Below, piece by piece: positions 12,890 to 23,799 of a DNA stretch of 64,000 nt. Both the position numbers and the translations under genes were made by a program. The notes under the pieces are model-generated. The model did no database searches. It saw only the letters and a program-made list of their open reading frames with translations, and had not been told where the DNA came from. The DNA comes from Octopus sinensis (Eukaryota), in the NCBI RefSeq assembly GCF_006345805.1, contig NC_042998.1:2914001-2978000 (forward strand), written 5' to 3'. Every line of letters begins with the position of its first letter. Position 1 is the stretch's first letter.

Positions 12890-13374
12890 CTCTATCTCCG
12901 TTTCAACTTTCAGTATGGCAGCTTCCATTGTACTCTTTTAATTTGTTCTCTTGTTCTTTGAATGAAATAATCTAATCATTCAACAACTGAATAAAGTGAG
13001 TTACAAATAGAACAGCTCTACAACCAATATTTTTAGATTTTCTGCTGTTTTAGTTAACAATTATTTAAAGATTTATGATGTTGCAGGGATGGAAACAAAA
13101 AAGTTGGAAAAAAAAAATAGAATAAAATGCAAAAAACCACAATTATTTGATAACCTCTTTTCATGGGGTCACTACCAGCGAATAAATAGTGCACCTTACT
13201 GATATCACTTAAAGCTGGCTGAATTTTAGATGATAATAGCTAAAGGCTGAGCACAGCAAGCAATAGGCAGCATACATCAAAATGATTTACAAGGCCTAAT
13301 GACTCAAAGGTCATGGCATTATGACTCCAGACAAGATATATTTACTCTGCTTACCTTAGTGAAAATAAAACTCC

Positions 13375-13415
<41 letters not shown>

Positions 13416-13546
13416 GTTTCTTCTTTTAAGGCATTAAGCCATAAATTAATTATTCCAAATGGTCATGCAGCGATTCATAATCAGTTCATTCTCCAAATGT
13501 TAACAGAGATGTGACAATTTGCAGTTTGATTTTGTTTATATTATTT

Positions 13547-13581
<35 letters not shown>

Positions 13582-13812
13582 CACACACACACACACACAT
13601 ATAACCCACCCACCCTGTGGGTGAAATAAAGCCACACTGTGTTGGAAGCAAGAACACACAGCCTTGTAATAGAATTTGGTATATACTGTCAGACTCAGCC
13701 AAAAATCCAAGACACTGTCAAAATTGTTTGGTGGAAGTTATAGTATAAAACTTTAGTTATAGTATAAGACAACTAATCTATTGTTAGTAAAGAGATTCCC
13801 CCTGTTGACAGA

Positions 13813-14019
13813 TTAACCTTTCAGCATTCAGAATTGCACTTTCAAATCTAATGCTTAGTCATTCCCATTGTTTCAAGTTAACCATGCTTTATCTCATAGC
13901 TTTGAGATTCTAATGGCAGTGTAGGAAAGGTGTGAGAGGCCAGATCTGGTTAGTTTTAACATAAAACAGGAAGAGATATTTGGGCTTTGACATGGCCAGG
14001 TTAAATGCTAAAGGGTTAA
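13813..14019. mobile_element. piggyBac-like MITE (family 1)
   Basis: TTAA-CCTTTCAGCATT ... AATGCTAAAGGG-TTAA termini. Same family as 19429-20020; a fragment lies at ~5710-5800. Confidence 0.75.
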
Positions 14020-14095
14020 ATTGTTATTTTTTGATATTTATGTAATTCTTTTACTGAGAATTTTCAAATGTAATATATGTATAATATATTATAAA

Positions 14096-14490
14096 AGGTG
14101 CAGTCATGACTGAGTGGTAAGTAGCTTGCTTGCCAACCACATGGCTCCAGGTTCAGTTCCACTGCATGGCACCTTGAGCAAGTATCTTCAACTATAGCCT
14201 TGGGCCAACCAAAATCTTGTGAGTGGACTTGGTAGACGGAAACTGAAAGAAGCCTATCGTCTGTGTGTGTGTGTGTGTGTTCCCATGCTTGCCCCCCCAC
14301 CACCACCACCACTCGACAACTGGTTTGGAGTGTTTACATCCCCCATAACTTAGTGGTTTGGCAAAAGAGACTGATAGAAGTACCAGGTTTTAAAATAAAA
14401 AAACATTGAGGTTGATTCATTCAACTAAAAATCCTTCAAGGTGGTGCCCCAGTATGGTCGCAGTCCAATGACTGAAACAAGCAAAAGATA
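14096..14490 (+). mobile_element. SINE family A copy
   Basis: Complete head, body and tail similarity to 11983-12393. Confidence 0.88.
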
Positions 14491-14590
14491 AACAGCAACA
14501 ATGCCTTTAGATTATTACTCATGTTTGAAAACTTTAGGCCATTGTTTTACATATTTATTATACAGATGTGAAAAGTTTGATATTAAATGT

Positions 14591-15044
14591 CTCTCTTTTA
14601 CTCTTTTACTTGTTCCAGTCATTTGACTGCGGCCATGCTGGAACATCGCCTTTGGTTGAGCAAATCGACCCCGGGACTTATTCTTTGTAAGCCCAGTACT
14701 TATTCTATTGGTCTTTTTTGCCGAACCGCTAAGTGACGGGGACATAAACACACCAGCATCAGTTGTCAAGCAATGGTAGGGGGACAAACACAGACACACA
14801 AATACACACACACACACACAAACAAACATACACACACACACACATATATATATATTTAGTCTAATTCACATACATATATATGACGGGCTTCTTTCAGTTT
14901 CCGTCTACCAGATCCACTCACAAGGCTTTGATTGGCCCGAAGCTATAGTAGAAGGCACTTGCCCAAGATGCCATGCAGTGGGACTGAACCCGGAACCATG
15001 TGGTTGGTAAGCAAGCTACTTACCACACAGCCGCTCCTGCGCCT
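14591..15044 (-). mobile_element. SINE family A copy (young)
   Basis: Near-identical to 11983-12393 and 53065-53478. Confidence 0.9.
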
Positions 15045-16580
15045 GTATAGAACACGACTAGTGAAGACGAAGAACCAACTAAATAATTTGTTGGGCAATT
15101 TGAAATTGTGAAATAGACTAAATACAAGCAAGTTGTAACTTTAGAATCTGTACCCGAAATATGCAAGTAAGAGGAACATGATGGGTAAAATACTGTTGAT
15201 GCCCATTACACATTTCAAAATAACAGAGGTCGACTGATACAATGTAAACTGGCAGATACCTAAGGATTTATTTCCTAAATTAATTAGATCTTAGAGATTA
15301 AATGATGCATAATCAAAGTGTCCAGAAATATGACTTTTCTGTAAATACATGTAACTCATGCTAAAGAAACTTAATAAAAAGCTAATGATAAAGGGAATGG
15401 CTAATATCCCATATTGGTTTTATATTCGTTAATGTAAGAACATGACTAACTCAACCACTATGGAAACAAAATTAAAATAGTTCACATCGGGAAATTATTT
15501 AAAAAAATATTTTGCTTTTTTAAATCAAATTAAAGTATGATTTTAACCAATTAAATTTAAATGATTGTTGAAATCATAATAAAAGATAATGAGTTATAGT
15601 AATATGAACAAACTGGTTTTATTTTAAAAAAAAGAAAAAAAACTTACATTATGTAAGGAACTCTGAAAGTTGTAAATTCATCTACATGTTTTTTGCAACT
15701 TTCTAAAGAATATATTGTGGCACACCAGCTAATGTGGATGTAGAACAGTTGTGGGAGAAGAATTTTTATAATGATACAAGAGACAATCCTAAAATGATGA
15801 GAAATGTTACATTTAACAGAACATTGTTCTAGAGACATTAACACTGTTTTTGAGGTGGGTCTCTCATTTTAGATTCTTAAGGATGGTTCTATTCTAGAAG
15901 ACTCTTCACACTACAAAACCGGTGAATATTAAATCAAGAAGCAAAGTAGAATTTAATAGAAAATCAGAAATGGAATTTTATCTTTTTACAAAAATTAAAA
16001 AGCAAAAAGCAACAAAGAAAGAAAAGAGGAAATTGCTGCATTAGCAAATTATATAATTATTCAGCACTTCTAGAATTCCATATGTGAGAATTTTGACAAG
16101 GAAAGCAGATTTGAATCACCATCATTTGAAATCATTAACTCTTTATTTTATGTATTAATTATATATTATGCTGCAATTCACCAATAATAAATAATTGTTA
16201 TATTTATTTATAGGAACAAATGCCATATATAAGCTTTTCTTTCTAATTGCCAAGTAAATGCAGATTCAATTAGGGATAAACAATTAAATAAAAGAATAAA
16301 ATGTTTATTTTCTTTTGTGTTACTACATAATGATTAAATAAAATATATTTTAGATGAAGTACACATCACCTTTCCAGTCTTTCTCAGAAATTGTAAGCAG
16401 AGCTAACAATGAGAAACAGACTGCGTAAATGCAAACAATTAGTTTTTCTTGATATATACAAAATATATAGGCACAAGTGTATCTGCGTGGTAAAAAGATT
16501 ACTTCTCAACCACTTGACCAAAGCCTTGGGAGTGGATTTGGTAGACAGAAACTGAAAGGTAGGTAGGTAGAGGTAGAGGG

Positions 16581-16738
<158 letters not shown>

Positions 16739-17151
16739 TAAGTAAAAGATTGTTATTTTATTGTTTCTTTTTATTCTTAATTCTTCATAGCTTTGTCATC
16801 AACATTTTAGCATCCGCTTTTTGCATGCTGGCATGGGTCCTTACAAGACACACTGAGGTAATTTTCTACACACACAAACACACACTATCATCATCATCAT
16901 CGTCGTTTTAATGTCTACTTTTTCATGCTTGCATGGACCATATGTGATTTGTTGAGACAGATTTCCTATGGCTGGATTCTTATTCCTGTCACCAAAACCT
17001 CACTTATTTCCAAGCAAGATAATATTTCCCCTTGGCCAGACATTTTTCACAGAAGACTGAAAACATCACTTATAGAATAGTAATGCTCATTTACAACAAT
17101 CATCACATGGTGTCAAGACCAGAGTACACACAAACACACACACACATATGT

Positions 17152-17410
17152 AGGCACGTGGCTTAGTGGTTAGGGTGTCAGCATCATGATCGTAAGATTG
17201 TGGTTTCGATTCCTGGACCTGGTGACGTGTTGTGTTCTTGAGCAAAACACTTCATTTCACGTTGCTCCAGTTCACTCAGCTGGCAACAATGAGTAACGCT
17301 GCGATGGACTGGCGTCCTGTCCAGCTGGGGAACACATACGCCATTGAAGCCGGGAAACCGGGCCCATGAGCCTGGCTAGGCTTTAAAATGGCACATTTAT
17401 TTATTTTTTA
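17152..17410 (+). mobile_element. tRNA-derived SINE (family C head) with a V-domain-like body
   Basis: A box TGGCTTAGTGG and B box GGTTTCGATTCC, then tccagttcactcagctg and ctgcgatggactggcgtcctgtccag (V-SINE-like motif), ending in a (TTTA)n tail. Confidence 0.75.
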
Positions 17411-17749
17411 AAGGCGGTGCTCCAGCATGGCCACAGTCAAATGAAACAAGTACAAGAATAAAAGAATATATATATACATACACACACACAATGAGCTTCA
17501 TTCAGTTTCCATCTACCAAAACTACTCACAAAGTTTTGATCAGTCTAGTGCTATAGTAAAAGACAAGTGCCCAGGGAAGTTCCTCAATCACATGGACACA
17601 TCTGCCTGTCTGTGGATAAAGGGGATATGTCTCTTTGCATGTGTGTGTGTGTGTGTGTGTAAATGTAAATAAAAAACAAACGAATAAAATGATGGAATTC
17701 AGTCCTGTTAAATGAAGATGTCTTGGGCCATTCATAGAACATTTATTCC

Positions 17750-18015
17750 ACAGCAATTACATCATGGAAGAGCAGCTTTGGTCACCAAACCTATTCTATT
17801 CACTTTCCATTTATTTTAAGTGTCAAAATTTTTATCCCACATTTGTGACCTACTCTCTGAAGCAGTTCCATTGACACCAAGAGTGGAACTGGGTCAGGTC
17901 ACAAATGCTTGGAAAATTTTGATATCTTACAAAATAAAGGAAAAGTAAATAAAAGTTTGTTTTTGCATATTTTAGATGGTTAGAATGGCTCTTCTATTAT
18001 ATAATTAATTGCTAC
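17750..18015. mobile_element. Degenerate palindromic (foldback) MITE-like element
   Basis: Nested inverted matches agcaatta/taattgct, gaagagc/gctcttc, tcaaaattt/aaattttga, catttgtgacct/aggtcacaaatg and cagttcca/tggaactg. Confidence 0.6.
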
Positions 18016-18404
18016 AGTTTCAACAACTCTATAATATGCGCAGAAGTATATACAACATCAACATCATAGCCACCAACTAGAATAACATTACTTTCCTTTC
18101 TCGAATGTAGGTGGCGCTCTGCAGCCCAGTAAGAGTGCAGAGCTCCACCTACCTAGGAGAAGACCACTCTAATGTAAAACTTACAACTTGTTGGTCACTG
18201 CTGAACCACTGCGGTCAGACCTCCAACTCTGAAGAGTAGGATCAGATTGCACAGACTGACACAACTACCAAGTGCAGGCAGGAATAAAAGCCCTGCAGTG
18301 AACCGGTCTTAATATCCTGCAGTGAGCCGGTCTTAATGATGGACTCAGTTGATAGCCAGATCTACCTTACATGTGACAACCACTGTTCAATACAATTCCA
18401 GATG

Positions 18405-18795
18405 TTTATTTCTTTACTGCCCACAAGGGGCTAAACACAGAGGGGACAAACAAAGGGATTAAGTCGATTGCATCGGCCCCAGTGCATAACTGGTACTTAT
18501 TTTATCAACCCTGAAAGGATGAAAGGTAAAGTTGACCACAGCAAAATTTGAACTCAGAACGTAACAACAGACGAAATACCTATTTCTTTACTACCCACAA
18601 GGGGCCAAACATAGAAAGGACAAACAAGAACAGACAAACGGATTAAATCGATTATATTGACCCCAGTGCGTAACTGGTACTTATTTAATCGACCTCGAAA
18701 GGACGAAAGGCAAAGTCGACCTCGGCGGAATTTGAACTCAGAATGTAACCGCAGACGAAATACCGCTAAGCATTTCGCCTGGTGTGCTAACGATT
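18405..18795 (-). mobile_element. SINE family B with a partially duplicated (dimeric) body
   Basis: The block tttctttactg/acccacaagggg...gattaa.tcgatt...aactggtactta...gaactcagaa...gacgaaatacc occurs twice in tandem. Confidence 0.8.
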
Positions 18796-19428
18796 CTCAG
18801 ATGTTGGCAATACTCAAACACTGAGAATGACTTCAAACAGAACAGTTTCAGGAAAATGCAATCTTATTCACTCTAATTTAAGTGACACATAATTAAGGTT
18901 GATTGGTGCATAGGGTCAACTAAAGTTAAGCATTTTAATTTTTAATTCACATATAATTTTGTATTCGATAAAATGTAGATGAAAGCTATTCAGCTTTGGC
19001 CAGGTTCCAAACTAGATAACTGTTGTATATCAGCTTCAACAATCAACAACTTTTACTGTTGAAGTGTGAAAAAGAGAAAGAGATAATACAATATATATTT
19101 AGCAGCCCAGTAGCTACACATCTTCCACAACTCCAGTTTAATTACTGGACATACTAAGAAATACATTTTCTTCAAAGGGTCTACATTCTTTTCTAAAATT
19201 CCAAACAAATCTCTTTCACCTTCATGTTCCTTGTACATATAGCTTACAAGTTCAAACAAGTATAAAATTAACAACACAAGATTCAGTTTTTCATATGATA
19301 CATGAAACTTGACCAATTTTAATAAATTTGATTAATAAAATTGGATGATTTGTAGACTTTCCCATGTCTCAGGCAACAAAATAAAAACTGGTAAGAACTA
19401 TCCCACAATCTTACTTCAATATTACTAA

Positions 19429-19648
19429 TTAACCCTTCAGCATTTAAACCAGCCATACCTGGTCCAAATATTCCACCTATTTTTATGCTCAAACCATCCA
19501 AATCTAGCCTTTCTCACCTACTCTACCTCAGGTTCAGTCCCACTGTGTGGCACCTTGGGCAAGTGTCTTCTACTATAGTATCGGGTTGACCAAAGCCTTA
19601 TGAGTGGATTTGGTAGACGGAAACTGAAAGAAGCCTGTCGCATATATG

Positions 19649-19715
<67 letters not shown>

Positions 19716-20020
19716 CTGTCCCCTCCAGCATTGCTTGACAACCAATGCTGGTGTGTTTACGTCCCAGTAACTTAGCGGTTCAGCAAAGAGGCCAAAGAGT
19801 AAGTACTAGGCTTACAAAGAATAAGTCCTGGGATCGATTTGATCAACTAAAGGCGATGCTCCAGCATGGCCACAGTCAAATGACCGAAACAAGTAAAAGA
19901 ATAAAAGAGTAATCACATCATATAAATCCCAAAGCTAAGAGATAATGCAGGATTAATTCAAAATAATGTGAATAAATAATTTCTGCATTTGACAGAATAA
20001 TCTGAATGCTAAAAAGTTAA
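19429..20020. mobile_element. piggyBac-like MITE (family 1) containing a nested SINE A (19528-19910)
   Basis: TTAA-CCCTTCAGCATT ... AATGCTAAAAAG-TTAA termini. The internal sequence matches 13813-14019 in reverse orientation. Confidence 0.75.
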
Positions 20021-20325
20021 TACAATACTTTTTACACTATTTCAGTTTATTAACAGGATTTTTAGGGGTGGAGAGAAGGACAGAAGATATATGGTGTAGG
20101 ATTGAGAGGAACCTTCAGGTTTGCCAAAGGTGTAAAAACCTCTCTGCAATTGGTGCCATAGAAAAATTCACCCAGTACACTCTGTAAAGTGGCTAGTATT
20201 GAGAAAAGCATCTCGCAATAGAAACCAAGCCCAAATGAATCTTAAGAGCCAGGTGTGATCCCTCAACTCTTGCAGGTGAGCAGCAATGACTTATCTAACA
20301 CTGACAGCATGGAAAGTGAACTTAA

Positions 20326-20359
<34 letters not shown>

Positions 20360-21721
20360 GTGACGACGACGACGGTGTTATTTATTATTCTTTTACTAGC
20401 TTCAGTCACTAGACTGCAGCCATGTCTAGGTATCAACTTAAAAAGGTTTTAGCTGACCATATCAACCCCAGTACATATCTCAGCCTGGTACTTATTTTAT
20501 GGATATAATTTTATCAACTGGCAAAGTTAGCATCTTGAACCAGTTTTTTTAACCAGGGAGTCTGTCTCAAACAAAAACGTGGACAGGAACAAAGGCGCAC
20601 ACACACACATGCATGTGTGCATGTGTACATGACAGGCTTCTGCATAGTTTCCGTCTACTAAATTTCACTCACAATTATATTGATCTACCTGAGGCTATAG
20701 AAGACACTTGTCCAAGGTGCTGCACAGTGAAACTGAACTGGAACCCATATGGTAATGAGACAAACTTCCTGAAGGCACAACCATATCAATACCTATTCAG
20801 AGACCCAATTCATATTGGTTCCAAATTTTAGCATAAAGCCAGCACTTTTCGGGGAGGGGCAAATCAATTACATCGACCCCAGTGTTCAACTGGTACTTAT
20901 TTTATTGACCCAAAAGGATGAAAGGCAAAGTCAACCTTGGTGGAACTTAAGATCACAATGTAAAGTGGGATGAAATGATGCTAAGCATTTTGCCCAACAT
21001 GCTAACAATTCTGCAAGCTTACTGCCTTAGAGACCCAATTAGTATTCATTTCTTACAGCTAAAGGCCTGAGATAATGCATGCTTTTCTCAATGGCATTAA
21101 AGCATAAGTGATTTGTGTTGAGTTCATTTGGTTTGCAAGAGGCTTTCTTCTCATTCTTTACAATCAATCTTATCTAAAATGACAGTTTATTTCTTCCAGC
21201 TGAAACAAAAATCCTTCAACCATTAACAAACCTACGTCTTCAGCTTTTCTCTTCCATCAATTACTATGTAAACCATTGATTTCTTCAACTTACTACATCC
21301 AATTTCCAAACTCTCTCTAGATATATCCTATGTCTGTTTCTTAAAGTCCTACATCAATGTGCAAAAGCAATTTCTTTCTTAATAGCTTCACTCAAAACTG
21401 TGATGATGGATGATGCAATGAATTACCATCCATTTACCAAACTTCAAATATGCTGTTCCATCACCAACCTTAGCCAAAACACCCTAATCCTCTTCTATAA
21501 AAATACCACCTGAATTTATAAGGATTGGTCTTTTTGGGAACCAAATATGACATCTGCATTGACTCTATTTATGTTGGAGACTTCAAAACAAAGTCTTCAT
21601 AACAAATATCATTATGGACCCATGTTGGCCAGGTACTTCATCACTGACCCTAGCCTTAGCCATAAGTATATTCTTATGATGTTCAGTTCATGACCACAAG
21701 GCTTCAGGGTGGGTCCCAGTG

Positions 21722-21824
21722 CATGGCATCTTAAGCAACTGGACCCACAATTCCATTAATAGTTGTAAGTATCTATAAAAAAAATTGAAATGGAATTGTG
21801 GGTCCAATTGCTTAAGATGCCATG
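21722..21824. repeat. 36-bp near-perfect inverted repeat with a 31-nt spacer
   Basis: 21722-21757 matches the reverse complement of 21789-21824 with one mismatch. Confidence 0.92.
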
Positions 21825-22371
21825 TGTGTGTGTCTGAGTTAGTGTGTTTGTGTGTGGATACTCATGCTAGTGTGTGTGTGAGTGTGTGTAAAATATTGTG
21901 TAATGGAATGTTGTGCGAAATGTCTTTATAATAACTATTTGTACAAAAAATGTGCATGAAGCCAATTAACCTTTGTCGGTGCAGACCATTAGAGAAAGCT
22001 TTGTAAATGCATAATATGGAAAGAACAAAAAGCTAGCAAGAAGGATGGATCTTAATGATATCTGTCAAGTTTAATGGCGAATTAACAGCTTATAAAAGCA
22101 AAAAAATGAAATAATGTGATTAGGAGGAAGAACAGCTGCTATGTCAGGTCAATGTTGCTGTAATTATAACTGCAAGGTCAAGAGTTCAGCCTTAACCATA
22201 GCCTTTCTGTTTATGCAGGCTGAGCAAGGCAGATAACTCTTCATTCTTCTTTTTGCTTCAGTGAACTGAAGAGAGTTCTACTGTGTAAGGAGAATGGTTG
22301 GGAAATTATGTGAGCAACCATCAGGAAAAATAATTGCTCTAGAACCATAATAATAATTATTATCATTATTA

Positions 22372-22403
<32 letters not shown>

Positions 22404-22933
22404 GAGTTTTATTGTTTGTCTATGAATCCTGCCAAACGCGAGTTTTCTTTTCAGGTTCATGATGCTACTAGGGCCAATACCTCCCACTCCCTCAGGGTTG
22501 GCACCCTCAACGTTGGCACACTGAAAGGCAGATCTGGCGCGTGGCCGTTGCCAGTCTCGCCTGGCCCCCGTGCCAGTGGCACGTAAAAGCTCCATCCGTT
22601 CGTGGCCATTGCCAGCCTCGCCTGGCCCCCGTGCCGGTGGCACGTAAAAAGCACCATCTGATCATGGCCATTGCCAGCCTCGCCTGGCCCCCGTGGCACG
22701 TAAAAAGCACCATCCGTCCGTGGCCGTTTTCCAGCTCCGTCTGGCACCTGTGCCGGTGGCACATAAAAAGCACCTACTACACTCATGGAGTGGTTGGCGT
22801 TAGGAAGGGCATCCAGCCGTAGAAACAATGCCAGATCAGACTGGGCCTGATGCAGCCTTCTGGCTTCACAGACCCCAGTTGAACCGTCCAACCCATGCTA
22901 GCATGGAAAGCGGACGCTAAATGATGATGATGA
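22404..22933 (+). mobile_element. Internally deleted (bipartite) RTE: start of endonuclease ORF fused to 3'UTR repeats and a (GAT)n tail
   Basis: 22422-22538 reads MNPAKREFSFQVHDATRANTSHSLRVGTLNVGTLKGRSG (RTE EN N-terminal motif). It is followed directly by ~60-nt tandem units and the RTE tail, and is flanked by (ATT)n. Confidence 0.8.
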
Positions 22934-22954
22934 TTATCATTATTATTATTATTA

Positions 22955-23770
22955 TTTCAAATTTTTGCCACAAGGGCAGTTTGGGAGAGGTGGGGGGGGG
23001 AGTCAATTACATCAACACCAATATTCAACTGGTACTTATTTTATCAACCCTGAAAAGATGAAAGGTGAAGTCGACCTCAGCGGAATTTGAATAACAACAA
23101 CAATAATAATCCTTTCTACTATAGGCACAAGGCCTGGAATTTATGGGAAGCGGGAGAGTCGATTACATCAACACCCAGTACTTGACTGGTATTTTGTTTT
23201 ATCAACCCTGAAAGGATGAAAGGCAAAGTTGACTCTGGTAGAATTTGAACTCAGAACATGTAGACAAAGTGCTGCTAAGCATTTCACCTGGCATGCTAAC
23301 ACTTCTGCCAGCGCTCTGCCTTAATAATAATAATAATAATAATAATTTTGGCAGTAATTTCAAGGGATGGGGTAAGTTGATTACATCAATCGCAATGCTC
23401 AATTGGATCTTAATTTATCAACCCTGAACAATAAAACACAAAGTCAACTTTGGCAAAATTTGAACTCAGAATATCAGGACAGAGAAAATGCCACTAAGTA
23501 TTTTGCCTGGTGTGCTAATGATTCTGCCAGCTGGCCACCTTAATAATAATAATGATATTGGCTTCAAATTTTGGAATAAGGCCAGCAGTTTCGTAGGAAA
23601 GGGTAAGGTGATTAAATTGATGCCAATGCTTAACTAGTGATTATTTTATCAACCCTGAAAGGATGACAGACAAAGCCGGACTTGAAGGAATTTGAACTCA
23701 GAACACAAAGACAGATGAAGTGCTGCTAAGCATTTTGCACAGCATGCAGACAATCCTGCCAGCTCACCTA
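22955..23770 (-). mobile_element. Tandem cluster of ~4 SINE family B copies
   Basis: Repeated atcaaccctgaaaggatgaaaggcaaagt.gac...gaatttgaactcagaa...gctaagcatttt...ctgccagc units separated by (AAT)n. Confidence 0.8.
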
Positions 23771-23799
23771 AATGATGATGATGATGGGGGGGGGGGGTT

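Noticed and set aside
15648-15702. Possible extra minus-strand exon (tag acceptor, gtaagt donor)
   Set aside because: 55 nt would break the phase-1/phase-1 frame, and exons 3 and 4 already align contiguously to the AKAP13/ARHGEF28 pattern.
22540-22790. CRISPR-like repeat-spacer appearance (also 28190-28500 and 50740-51100)
   Set aside because: The spacers are similar to each other, the array belongs to a dispersed RTE 3'UTR in a eukaryotic intron, and there are no cas genes.
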